NCBI GenBank assembly: GCA_964016885.1
Contig: OZ024743.1
Coordinates: 306,280,001-306,344,000 of the forward strand
Source: Eledone cirrhosa
Lineage: Eukaryota
Length of the DNA: 64,000 nt
Reading direction: 5' to 3'
In this document: one piece after another, positions 29,463 through 42,282 of the stretch
Position numbering within the stretch: position 1 is the stretch's first letter
How the letters are laid out: each line of letters opens with the position of its first letter
Notes under the pieces: generated by a model
Database searches by the model: none
The model's input: only the letters and a program-made list of their open reading frames with translations
What the model was told of the DNA's origin: nothing
Made by a program: the position numbers and the translations under genes

Positions 29463-29780
29463 TTCAATCCTGAGCTTTGTAGTTATTCAAGAGGTGTTTC
29501 GAGACGTGTGGACAACGTGTGAAGAATTCATTTCTCGTGTTTAGGTAATCACTATTGCATAATCTCTTTATAATATTTATTCGTTCATCAATTTCGCAGT
29601 TATCTCACTTACAACTCTCGAACGCCTTTTAGTATTGCCTGTGCGAAGTGACCGGTTTCTGCGCATGCGCGTTCGTACGGTTCTCCTTCCTGTTCCGTAT
29701 AACCATGTCCATTACGAGGTGAAGTTCCGCTAAGGAAAAACAATTGTTCTCGGTATGGTGAACTAACTGTTGTGTAACCA
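29463..29780 (-). pseudogene. PLE GIY-YIG endonuclease C-terminal fragment between (TA)n tracts
   Basis: Manual minus-strand translation ..SCK*DNCEIDERINIIKRLCNSDYLNTRNEFFTRCPHVSKHLLNNY resembles the CRLCLHE..NLKSEIIMTCRH C-terminus at 33440-33559. Confidence 0.65.
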
Positions 29781-29837
29781 CTTATATATATATATATATA
29801 TATATATATACTTATATATGTGTATATATATATATAT

Positions 29838-30810
29838 ATTTAAAGTATATGATAAACACGAAATGTGTTTACATTGCAACAGACAAAGTTAGCTATTAAT
29901 GAAATAAACTAATAAAAGTGAATACAATTTGTCTGTCTCGATACAAGTCAATAAAGACAAGATTATATTGGTAACGGCCAGGATTCCTGGACATATTTAA
30001 ATTTCAAAATTCAAACCTGTTCTGTAGACGAATTTGAACCTCGAAACCCAAATAAGTTTCGCAACGGTGGAATGTGAATTGAAAAATAAAGAGAATCGAA
30101 ATGGAATAGAAATAAAAGACGGAAATGTCCAAATCTTCTGTGCTTATCAACAGGAATCCAGTAAGATTAGTCTATCTCACATCAAAAATTTTGCAGGTCT
30201 GACTACACGTGGGTAGGCAGGCCAAAACTAGCTATCCCACATTCACGGTGCTAGAAATAACAGCCGCTTATGCAGGATTAAGGATCAGCTCTTACAATAA
30301 AGGAGCTATACATTATATTATATTTTGAGAATAAACTCTCAGTCGTTTACAATAATTAAGCTCCAGGAAGGGGCTCTTCCGAGCAGTTAATACATTTAAA
30401 TCTTACTGGATTCCTGTTGATAAGCACAGAAGATTTGGACATTTCACTCTTTTATTTCTATTCCATTTCGATTCTCTTTATTTTTCAATTCACATTCCAC
30501 CGTTGCGAAACTTATTTGGGATTCGAGGTTCAAATTCGTCTGCAGAACAGGTTTGAATTTTGAAATTTAAATATGTCCAGGAATCATGGCCGTTGCCAAT
30601 ATAATCTTGTCTTTATTGACTTGTATCGAGACAGACAAATTGTATTCACTTTTATTAGTTTATTTCATTAATAGCTAACTTTGTCTGTTGCAATGTAAAC
30701 ACATTTCGTGTTTATCATATACTTTAAATGTATTAACTGCTCGGAAGAGCCCCTTCCTGGAGCTTAATTATTGTAAACGACTGAGAGTTTATTCTCAAAA
30801 TATAATATAA
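29838..30810. repeat. interleaved inverted duplication A-spacer-B-A'-B' bounded by (TA)n
   Basis: A 29838-30168 is inverted at 30399-30728; B 30311-30398 is inverted at 30723-30810; few mismatches. Confidence 0.88.
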
Positions 30811-30886
30811 TATATATATATATATATACATTTCGTCTACCTAAGGAGGCGCCCTCGCTATTGTCATTTCTACACGCGTCATCACA

Positions 30887-30944
<58 letters not shown>

Positions 30945-30947
<3 letters not shown>

Positions 30948-31130
30948 AAAATGTTTAAACCCGACGGCAGAGCTGAAGCCGTTTCGAGGGCTATGTCCAG
31001 AAAAAGCCGTCGAAACGGCTTGAGCTCTGCCGTCGGGGTTAAACATTTTCCTATTACCCACTCTACTACCCTAAGTATTGAGTACTCTGGTGCGTTATGG
31101 TCCATCTGGTTCCTTACCACACCTCCTTCG

Positions 31131-31132
<2 letters not shown>
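30945..31132 (+). mobile_element. family A fold-back element
   Basis: Homologous to 9143-9343; HHR 3' half gtc-GAAA-cggc ttgagctct gccg-TC-ggggtt. Confidence 0.85.
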
Positions 31133-31210
<78 letters not shown>

Positions 31211-31268
31211 CTATATATCTATATGTATATATATATCTATATCTATATATATGTATATACATATATAT

Positions 31269-31771
<503 letters not shown>

Positions 31772-31897
31772 CATATATATATATATATATGTATATATGT
31801 ATATTCTAACACATATATATCCTAGAAACGATCGTTAAATAATGAACTTTTTTTGTTTAATATAAGGAACTGTTTCATTGTTTTATTCATTATTTTT

Positions 31898-31949
<52 letters not shown>

Positions 31950-31951
<2 letters not shown>

Positions 31952-32134
31952 CGAAGGAGGTGTGGTAAGGAACCAGATGGACCATAACGCACCAGAGTAC
32001 TCAATACATAGGGTAGTAGAGTGGGTAATAGGAAAATATTTAACCCCGACGGCAGAGCTCAAGCCGTTTCGACGGCTTTTTCTGGACATAGCCCTCGAAA
32101 CGGCTTCAGCTCTGCCGTCGGGTTTAAACATTTT

Positions 32135-32138
<4 letters not shown>
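31950..32138 (-). mobile_element. family A fold-back element (inverted duplicate of 30945-31132)
   Basis: Reverse complement of the 30945 copy with about 2 substitutions. Confidence 0.85.
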
Positions 32139-32170
<32 letters not shown>

Positions 32171-32174
<4 letters not shown>

Positions 32175-34150
32175 GATGACGCGTGTAGAAATGACAATAG
32201 CGAGGGCGCCTCCTTAGGTAGACGAAATGACCCGGTAGCAATCTCTAGGAACACAAATAGCAACACTAATAACATTAATGACGCAGGACCCACCGTAGGA
32301 AAGACAAAGGCACCCATAGGAGACACACCACCCAGTACGCGGAGACATGGGCCTGGCACGCACATTTCATGCTTCGCGGCAACTGGGACCAGTGACAGGA
32401 CATCGACAAATACGGACGGGGCACACGCCAGAGAGCATACCCAGCCTGGTTGTAGTGATAGAGCACCGACAACACCATCACATAGACCTAAGGGGAATAG
32501 ATATATAGCCGACCACATAGAACGACGTAACTTAATAACTGAAGTGCATAACCCCGACGCCCATAGCGGCCAAATAGATAGAGACAACACAGGAGATGTA
32601 ATTGTAGTTGGGCGGAGCACAGGACGGACATCGGGTCCAGGACACACGAACAGGTATCCATGCACGAGAAGGAACAGATCTAAGGCCGCTACTTGGTTTA
32701 ATGCGCCTTACTCCAAACATGTACGCACCAACGTGCCGTACTTTTTTCCGAGCGTTGGATGAGTGCTTTCCGCCGACGAACAAGTACCACAAAATCTTCA
32801 ACCGCCACACGGTGAAGTTTTCCTTCTCCGCAGCACCTAACATGGCCGACCATATGGCTAAAACTAACGCGGTGAAGATAGTGAACATTGGCCGTCAACC
32901 GCGGCGACAGAATGACCGTCTTTCGGAGCGCGGAGCGGAGGACCACCTGGAGACCGGCCCTCAAATGACAACCCGGCCCCCGAGGCGACCGGAACCCCGT
33001 GGAGGGTGATGTGGTCCAACGCCGAGAGGGAACTAGTAGCATAGGGGAGACCACAGTGTCGGCGGAACAACACCCTGGATACCTTGAGAGGGCCATAACA
33101 GATCGAGGCCCGGACATCAGATGCGTAAGAACTGACAACAGAACTTGTAACTGCAGAGCCGGCACCCAGTGCCCCCTACAGGGAGAATGCCTGACGAAAG
33201 ACCTGATTTACAAGTGTGTGGTTACAACCCAAAATGCGCATCGCACCTATATCGGCGCAACATCCACGACCTTTAAATCTCGGATGTATAATCACACGAA
33301 TTCCTTCAGGGATCGTAGCAAAAGGCACTCCACTAGGTTAGCGGACCTGGTGTGGCACCTGAAAGACCAAGGCACTCCGTACGACCTGGAATGGAGTATA
33401 GTCCGCCATGCGAGGGCATATTCGGCTGGAAGTAGAAAGTGCCGATTATGCCTACACGAGGCCATGGAGATAGTCAGACTGAAAGATGACGCGGTCAACC
33501 TGAAGTCTGAAATTATCATGACTTGCAGGCACCAAAGAAGATGCACTTTTGCAGCATGAAATCATCCGTGTGGCACAGGCCAGGGGCATGGGACCGGGTA
33601 CGGACAGACCCGAACGGCCCAACGGGATTAAGGGACCTGACGCTATGCCCTGATGACATTGTGCGACCCGTGTGGCAATCATAAATAAACCAAGGTGCGC
33701 ACCTGACCGAGCACGCAACATTGGGCAGATACATCGCCTAGGCCGGACCGGCCCACACGGTGTCCACGGTCGTCCGATACCCCAAACATATAGAACAGCA
33801 CACCCCACCCATGGTACCATAACCCATGGTGACCGGGCCAAGCGTCCCCTTGAATGTGTACCCCGTCAATCGTGACTATATACTCTCCACATGTTCCACG
33901 TTGGAACAATTATTATTACTGTTGTTATTGTTTTGTTATTGTTACTTGTTCCATATACGGACCTAAGTTTGCACCTCATACTGCCTCTCTGTAGTATATC
34001 ACATGGATACACGCACCTTATCCCGTACCCCCCCCCCCCCCCCCATCCCCCCGTTTTTTATTTACCCCTTTTTTATTTATCTCTTTGTGAAGTTACATAC
34101 AGATTTTAATGTATTTTAAAATATTGTAAATCTATTTATTTTATTTTATT
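32171..34150 (+). pseudogene. 5'-truncated, frameshifted Penelope-like element (linker + GIY-YIG endonuclease + 3' UTR)
   Basis: TWFNAPYSKHVRTNV / FFRALDECFPPTNKYHKIFNRHTVKFSFS / CNCRAGTQCPLQGECLTKDLIYKC..YIGATSTTFKSRMYNH..CRLCLHE..CRH spread over three frames; begins at a (TA)n tract. Confidence 0.9.
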
Positions 34151-34555
34151 TTATTATCCTATTGTGTTTATATGTGTGTTTTTTGTGTGTAGACCTGTGC
34201 GTAGGTATATGTATGTATGTGTGTATGTAGAGAGATATATATGTGGGGGTGTATGGGGTGTGTATGTATGCATGTGTACGTATATGCATGAGCTTATGAG
34301 CGTGTGTGTGCATGCATGTACATGTATGTACATATGTGGCTGAGCGTGTATATATATATACATGTATATATATGTACGTATAGCTGCGTATGAGTATATG
34401 TGTGTATGTGGGCGCGTATGTATATAAATGTGTGTGTGCGTATCTATGTATATGTGGGTCTCTATATGTATGTGTATTTGTGTCTGTATGTATATGTATG
34501 TGTACATCTCTCAGGAATGTGTACGGATGGATCATATAACCATTGTATTATTATA

Positions 34556-34700
34556 AAGAGTTATGGCCCTTGCCATTCTGAGTTCAAATCCCGCCGAGGT
34601 TAACTTTGCCTTTCATCCATACGGGGTCGATAAAATAAAGTACCAGTAATGCACTGGTTAATTGCTGGCCTTGTGCCTAACGTAGAAACAATTATTATTA
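34556..34700 (+). mobile_element. 5'-truncated SINE family 1
   Basis: Near-identical to 56060-56205. Confidence 0.85.
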
Positions 34701-35145
34701 GTATTATTATTTTATCATATATCCATTGTATATATCCGTATATGTATGTATGAATATGTGTGCATGTATATATAGATATATGTATTGTATACTATATTGA
34801 TATTTTATGTTATGTTATTTTACTGTTATTTTATGGTATATTGTGTTTTTTTATTATATATTGTATTGTTATTTTACGGTTTTGTTTATATATGTATATG
34901 TGGAAACATGTGTTTGCAAGCAAATATGCATATGTGCATGTGTCCGCACGTGGCCGTCCGTGTGCGTATGTATATGTATGTAGATGTATATATGTCTGCA
35001 TGCATATTTGTATGTATATATGTGGGTGTGCGTATGCATGTAGAGTTTTATATATATATGTATGTGTGTGTATGTGTATGTGTGTATATAGTTATGTGTA
35101 AGTATGTGTAGTTTGTATGTGTGTGTGTGTGTATATATATCTATC

Positions 35146-35826
35146 TAAGGCGGGTAAAATTCCCGAGATCCATGGACGAGTTCTCTCCAGCGGTCTCTGT
35201 CCCTCATTATCGCTGCCATATCCTGCATCTCCAACAGACAAGTGTCTGTCCTTAGGGCATCAACATATGTTAACCTTGGTCTTCCTCTTCTAGTGTGTCC
35301 ATGTAGGGGCTCCCAAAGGAGCACTGAGTGCAATGTCAACTCTGGATGTCGGTGAGCATGTCCAGCCAACCTCAGTCTCCTCTGTGTCACTTTTGAACTG
35401 ACTTTTGGGATGCTCCCATACAGCTCTGAGTTTTTCATCCTCAGTGTATACTGATTAATGTTCAGAGCCATCCTCAGCATTCTCGTGTAGCACCCATCCA
35501 CCATCTGAGTGAGTCTCTTGGTCAGTGTCCAAGTCTCAGACCCATACAGCAGCACAGACTCCACTACAACAATGTCGATGAGTGTGGGGCTGAGAATGAA
35601 TGAGACTAAAACAAAATATCTGGTAGAGAATGTTGAGAAGCCAGAGGGGATCACTAATGTAGGCGGGAAGCCGCTGGAATTGGTTGAGGACTTCCTGTAT
35701 TTGGGAGCAAAGATTGGGAATACGGAAGATGATGTGGTTGAGAGGAAGAGCAATGCCTGGGCGGCGTGTCACAGCTTGAGATCGGTGTGGAAGTCGGACC
35801 TTCGTAGAGACCTGAAAATCCGCCTC

Positions 35827-35830
<4 letters not shown>
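35146..35830 (-). pseudogene. RTE-clade LINE 3' fragment with inverted 5' segment
   Basis: Minus 35146-35574: IVVVESVLLYGSETWTLT..RRLRLAGH..RRGRPRLTY. Plus 35578-35830: GLRMNETKTKY..VEDFLYLGAKI..LKIRLF, which is the immediately upstream protein segment. Confidence 0.88.
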
Positions 35831-35889
<59 letters not shown>

Positions 35890-36574
35890 ATATAAAGTTG
35901 TGCGTAGGTATGTGTGCGCGCGTATGTGTGTGTATATGTGCATGTTTGCGTGGGTGTGTGTACACATTTGGACATATGTGCGTATACTTTTCTGTGTGTA
36001 TGTGCGTGTGTACATGTGTGTGTGTATGTATGTGTGCGTATACATATATATATGTGTATACGTGTGTATACGGTGTGTCTGCGTGCGTATGTATGTGTGT
36101 GTGTGTGTCTATGTGCACACGCACATATAGATGGAAAAAATATATATATATGGTGTGAGTATCTGTCGGTGGGTGTGTGTGTGTGTGTGTGGGCGCGTAC
36201 GTACCCCCACATAGGACAGGGTTTGTCTATGTGTTTGTATACGGGTGTATGTAAACGTGTGTATATACAGACGTGTCTGTCTGCGCGGGTGTGCGCGTTT
36301 GCGTGCATTTGGGACCGGATGTGTGGTGCGGTTCAGGCAGGCGCTAATAGGCTTGTGGTTGTCGGTATCTAGAAGTGGGTGTGCCTGGGTTTGTGGAAGA
36401 GAGGGAGAGTGTGTGCGTGTGTATATGTGCATGGGGGTATGTGTGTCTCCGCATGTATGCGCACATATGTGTATGCACGCATGTGTCTGTGCCTGCCCGT
36501 GTGTGTGTGTATATGTGTGGGTTAGTATGTCTGGGTACATACTCTGGAGTGTGAACAGACGTGTATATAAGTTC

Positions 36575-36866
36575 CCCGTGTCCACGTATTGCCTGGAAAC
36601 TTAGCTGAGAATAGACTTCCCTGATGACGAAAGGCTTCTCCGTACGCTTCTTCGGAAAGTATGTTTATTCCCTTTCAGAAACTAATTAGTTGGGAGTGAA
36701 ATTTTCGTAAGTAAGTTAATTTTATAATTTTCTTATTTTACGTCTCTCATATTATTGTTCTGCAACCCCATGCATTGAACCACAAAGTTACTAAGACAAA
36801 ACCTATATATTTGCTAGCATAAGTATGCATCTGTGTATATATATGTTACTAGATATACTAATTCTT
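36575..36866 (+). mobile_element. family D solo pLTR-like element with hammerhead at 36615-36697
   Basis: acttcc-CTGATGA-c-gaaagg...cctttc-a-GAAA-ctaattag-TT-gggagt; homologous to 47172-47493. Confidence 0.88.
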
Positions 36867-36917
<51 letters not shown>

Positions 36918-39900
36918 GGCAACGCTACGATCGAATCCGATGAATTATCTGTATTACAACTGCCACCTAAGTATGCCACATTCAATAAGGTAAATATGAT
37001 TAGATGTTTGTCAGAAATAGAAAAATCATTTACAAAATTACGATGGAGCCTCAAAAACAAAAACAAAAACAAAAGTAACAACATACGCACACACATATAC
37101 AACACACATCCCAACAACAATAGACACACAGACACAAACAACAATAACAACAACACACACATCAACAATAATAACATACTCCGAAACAACAACAGACACG
37201 CAGACACAAACAACAATAACAACACACACATCAACAATAAGAACATACTCAGAAACAACAACAACAGACACGCAGACACAAACAACAATAACAACACACA
37301 CAACAATAATAACATACACGGAGACAACAACAACAACACACATCAACAACAGCACACATCAACAACAACAACAACAACAACAACAACACACACATTCAAT
37401 GCCTCTCACCACTACCACAATCTTAACAAACACACAGACACAGAAAAGAAGTAATGGCAGTAGCACAGAAATAAGGGAAGGTAATAGGATTGAAAGGAGA
37501 AGGGAGACTATGAACAGAGAAAATAACCAAGACGAACACACATACACACAAAATAGAGTAGATAATAACAATGAGCCAGAGGAAAGAGACAGGAGTAATA
37601 ATGAGAGACATAGAAACAACCATGGGGCTGTTGGTGGAAATAGAAATAGAAACAACACAACTAACAATAACAATAGCACTAGTACACATAAAACAGCAGC
37701 CTGGAACTCTACTTTTTATAATCCCTCCGATAAGTCGTTCGACCTGCGACGAGTCTACGCCACGACTTTAGCTTTTAACAAATGCACGCAATTGCCGTCG
37801 CAGGTCGATGAACAAACAGAAGTACAATTTAGTATAGCTAGATCTAAACTTAAAAATATTATAGAACAGTATAGCAAGAAGCATAATAGAATGGAGGCCC
37901 AGCAACTGGAAGTAAAATCTGCAAATGGCTTGCTTAAGCTCATGCAGCGCTCGCGTAATGGAGAGATAGCATGCTTTCCAACAGTTGACAGTCTGCCAAA
38001 CTACATCCAGGCAATGCAACCCCACATCACTAACACAAGAGAAGTAACACCAAAAGAGCATGAGGATAGAGAAAAAGCCCTCAATGCCCATATGGTGATG
38101 TGGACAAATATAATGCAGCCCAACAAAAGGACTGCCAACAACTTCCAGGCCTGGAACAATGACGTGCCAACGTTGTATGGGCTTCGAAAAGACCATAAAA
38201 CGGGCAGTGACCCTGTCACGGGACCACCAACACGGCCAGTCTGTGGAGCTAACATTGCTAGTAACTACAGACTGTCCTACTTCCTCTCCCTGATCATACG
38301 CCCCATCATTGAAATGTCCCCAGATGTATGTGACAGCACGGAGGACCTCCTCAGCAGAATCGGCAGGCGTAACCGATCTAGGGACCTAACAAACTGCATA
38401 GGTAGTATGGATGTTGTGTCCCTGTATCCATCTATTGACGTGGATTTTGCTGTGGAGAAATGCGTAGAAATGATCAGTGAGAGCAATGTTGAGTTCCTTG
38501 GGATTGATACCAGTGAGTTGGGACTCCTACTTAAACTTACTTATAGTAATAATTATCTAGACACATATGACCTTAACAACCTGTGCCCTACAAGACCAGC
38601 AAGAGGCAGACCACCTACCATTACCTCAATGACCAAGAAAACACACACAGATAGATGGAACGGGTGGACCAGAGCCATACGGACCCCCGAAAACCACGAT
38701 GAACTAAAGAAAATGATTGCACATGCGGTGGGGGCCAGCATAAAATTAACCCTTAAGGAACATATGTTCAAATTTAATGGAAAAACATATGCCCAAGAGC
38801 AGGGAGCAGCCATTGGTGTTAGCATTGCAGGCGACATAGCTAACTTATTCATGGTATGGTGGGACAGTAGACTTAAACTTAAACTTAAAGAACAATTAGA
38901 AGACCCCTTAACCCTGATAATGTACTCCCGCTACGTTGATGATATAAACACCGTAGTTAAAACACCCACACTAGAGAACAGTCAGAAATTAGAGAAAAAC
39001 ACAATGGAAAGCATCCAGCAAATAGCTAACTCCATCCACCAGAGTATTAGAGTTACTATAGTCTACCCAAGCAAACACCCCAACCATCGATTACCTGTAC
39101 TAGACACAGAGATCTGGTTAGATACCATTAATAACAAAAAACAAATCCTCCATTCCCATTATGCCAAACCCATGACTTCCAAATATCTGATCCACCGAAA
39201 CTCAGCTGTTTCGGACCATACCAAAATCAACATACTGATTGCGGATTTGGTACGGGTGATGAGAAACGTGTCCCGCATGTGCAACCCCGAAGAACTAGAG
39301 AGACACATACAACACTTCATCCACCGTATGCAGTTCTCTGGTTACAATCAGAGAGATAAAATCAGAGTGTATAGAGGAGCCAGAACCAAATGGGAAAAAA
39401 TGGTAAATAATGACACAAATGGGACCTGCCCCTTGTATAGGAGCAAATTTTGGAATAGAATAGAAAGAACTAGGAATAAGGCTAATAGAATAAACTCATG
39501 GTATGATAGCAATAAATACCAGAGTGTAATGTTCATCGATACAACCCCTAGAGGTGAATTAGCTTACAAATTTAGAAGGGCCCTAGATAAACATAAACTC
39601 AATATTAAGATATTAGAAAGACCAGGTACCTCCATAAAAACACTTATTAGTAAGACATACCCTTTTCAAAGACCCCCCCTCCCTGTATAGATAAGAAATG
39701 TATAACCTGTAAATTAAGCCCCCATATTAACTGTAAAACTAGAAATGTAGTATATAGCATAAGATGTACTGAAGGACAATGTAGAGACAAAAATATAGTG
39801 TACATAGGTGAGACAGCTCGTAGTGTAGGGGAACGGAGAAATGAACACGGGCGAGACCTTCAATATAGTAAAGAATCATCTGTACTCTGCCAACATGCTA

Positions 39901-40067
39901 AAATAGAACATAAGGGTAAATTAGAGAACATAGAAATAAAAATAGAATCTACACACAGAAAAGACGCAATGTTTAGACAAATCACAGAGGCAATATACAT
40001 AAAAGAATTACAACCAAAATTAAATAGAAAACATGAGTTTAACAGCAACATCACAACTTACAATTAA
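36918..40067 (+). CDS. Penelope-like element polyprotein (RT + zinc-binding linker + GIY-YIG), near-complete but frameshifted; Naiad-like by my recollection of motifs
   Basis: ELSVLQLPPKYA..EIEKSFTKLRW; LYGLRKDHK, TRPVCGA, SMDVVSLYPSI, QEQGAAIG, RYVDDI, LPVLD, HYAKPMTS. After a frameshift in the C-run at ~39675 it continues CIDKKCITC..CKTRNVVYSIRC..YIGETARSVGERRNEH..RQITEAIYI..LN. Confidence 0.92.
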
Positions 40068-40160
40068 GGACAAAATGAAAACACACGCACATTGAACAAA
40101 CAACCAACCAGTAACATGTAAATAAACAAATAAATAAACGAATATAAACACACACATACA

Positions 40161-40217
40161 CCCGGATGTGGCGCATGCGCAGACTGAGCACACAACACAC
40201 ACAGAAACAAGATGGCG
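40161..40217 (+). promoter_or_regulatory. ETS-like, NRF1-like and YY1-like motifs clustered in the PLE 3' pLTR
   Basis: CCGGATGTG (40162), GCGCATGCGC (40171), CAAGATGGCG (40208); function is inferred. Confidence 0.5.
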
Positions 40218-40264
40218 TAGGACAGAACAAAGGAGAGGCACAAAAACAAAGAAAAGAATCCCCA

Positions 40265-40307
40265 GTCACTGAAGAGGTCACAGAATGTGTGACGAAAGAA
40301 CTTTGAC
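40265..40307 (+). ncRNA. hammerhead ribozyme in the 3' pLTR of the PLE
   Basis: gtca-CTGAAGA-g-gtcaca gaatg tgtgac-GAAA-gaac-TT-tgac, about 200 bp after the GIY-YIG stop. Confidence 0.8.
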
Positions 40308-40499
40308 AATATATAAACAACCACCTGGTTGTGGAACCAACCAACTAACCGGAAATTTATAAATTTATTATAATAAATTGAAGTGAAAGCAACTGGTGCG
40401 TGTGTTTCTTATTGGCAACATGACCCTCCCAAAGTATAACAATATCGGTTTCAACACACATCTTCAGATAAAGAATCTTGCTAAACAAATTCAGAAACG

Positions 40500-40547
<48 letters not shown>

Positions 40548-40662
40548 GGAAAAGAATGAACCGAAATTTCATTTCTCACTCTTAGTACGGCTGGTACTTA
40601 AATGTAAGTATGTATGTATACGTACATACAGATATGTATACAGACCTACAGTATATAAATAT

Positions 40663-40857
40663 ATATAGATGAGATTCTACAGGACTAGAACTGTTTCATT
40701 CTTTAGAAATCATCAGGAATCATCATGAGATTCCTGATGATTTCTAAAGAATGAAACAGTTCTAGTCCTGTAGAATCTCATCTATATTAAAACTTTTATA
40801 CTCTGCAATGTATTGAGTACCTTACTTACTGTGGTTACCTCCGATTCAACCCGGAAT

Positions 40858-40860
<3 letters not shown>
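40663..40860 (+). mobile_element. family B fold-back element with two hammerheads (40673-40721 minus, 40725-40781 plus)
   Basis: atgagattc-CTGATGA-tttc taaa gaat-GAAA-cag ttctagtc ctg-TA-gaatctcat; palindrome 40663-40786; tail ends in (TA)n. Confidence 0.9.
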
Positions 40861-40885
<25 letters not shown>

Positions 40886-40892
<7 letters not shown>

Positions 40893-41386
40893 GTATGGGT
40901 TTACCGAACATTTATTATAATGCTCGGTTTGTTTGTAAACAAACAGCCCGAATTACGCGGTACAGTGTTCAGACAACCATCGTCACCTTTTTGTTCAACA
41001 CTGACTCAGGAACGATGTACTAGTTTCAAGCTTATTAGCTATCGTCAGCATCGTATACCTTTCTGTCAGATGGTTGAACGTCTGAAAGTATATACTTTCC
41101 TTATGCATATTAACGGCTGAGCAGCCTAATTTGCATATCGAGTGAGTTAGTCGGCCGGGCGACTAACTCACTCAGCATCGTATACCTTCAGACGTTCAAC
41201 CATCTGACAGAAAGGTATACGATGCTGACGATATCTAATAAGCTTGAAACTAGTACATCGTTCCTGTGTCAGTGTTGAACAAAAAGGTGACGATGGTTGC
41301 CTGAACACTGTACGGCGTAATTCGGGCTGTTTGTTTACAAACAAACCGAGCATTATAATAAATGTTCGGTAAACACATACGTACAT
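40886..41386. mobile_element. family E fold-back element with two hammerheads (41012-41054 minus, 41219-41261 plus)
   Basis: About 205-bp inverted arms; acgatg-CTGACGA-t-agct aata agct-t-GAAA-ctag-TA-catcgt; (TA)n on both sides. Confidence 0.9.
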
Positions 41387-41501
41387 ATATATATATGTGC
41401 GCATGTATGTATATATATATACTACTGTACGTCTGTATACATATATGTAGGTACATATACATACATACTTACATATATATATACACACACACACACATAT
41501 A

Positions 41502-41554
<53 letters not shown>

Positions 41555-41765
41555 TATGTATATATAGTTCAAGGAGATAATAATCAGAGGTACAAAATAT
41601 CTTATCAGCTGCACGCTTTATATTGGAAAGTGAAAAGAAAGTTCGACATGTCGGATTTGAGCCCTTCCTCGGGAGTACAAAATAGAGACAGGATCACAAT
41701 GGAGAAACAGAAAAAAGGTCTAGTAAAGAGAGACACACATCTATATATATATATATAAAGAGAGA

Positions 41766-41970
41766 TAATAGGAAAATGTTTAACCCCGACGGCAGAGCTC
41801 AAGCCGTTTCGACGGCTATTTCTGGACTGTGAGTCCAGAAATAGCCGTCGAAACGGCTTGAACTCTGCCGTCGGGGTTAAACATTTTCCTATTACCCACT
41901 CTAATACCCTAAGTATTGAGTACTCTGGTGCGTTATGGTCCATCTGGTTCCTTACCACACTTCCTTCGTT
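41766..41970 (+). mobile_element. family A fold-back element
   Basis: Palindrome 41766-41894 centred on ggactgtgagtcc, plus the family A tail. Confidence 0.85.
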
Positions 41971-42189
41971 ATATAAAGAGAGAGAGAGAGATGTGTTTGC
42001 GCGAGTGCATGTGTATTGGACGATGAGTTTACTATATTTCCCAACAACGAGAGAGTCTGGTCATGAAATTAACATGCAAGTGGCTGAGTATTCCACAGTT
42101 TACTTAATTCTTAGCGAGATTCAGCTTGATATTTTGTAATGAGGCTTCCCTTTTGAATTATATATATATACTTCATTGTTGGCAGCTGA

Positions 42190-42282
42190 ATGGACTCGAG
42201 CAAGCAACCACCGAGAATCGAACTCACGGCCTTACGTTTGTGAGCCACTCACCCTAACCACTAAGCTACTGGTCTTCACTTT
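42190..42282 (-). mobile_element. SINE tRNA-derived head
   Basis: Minus strand agcttagtggttagggt..gagttcgattctcgg (A and B boxes). Confidence 0.6.

Noticed and set aside
33645-33700. CTGATGA in the PLE 3' UTR as its pLTR ribozyme
   Set aside because: ATAA instead of GAAA and no convincing stem III; at best heavily decayed.
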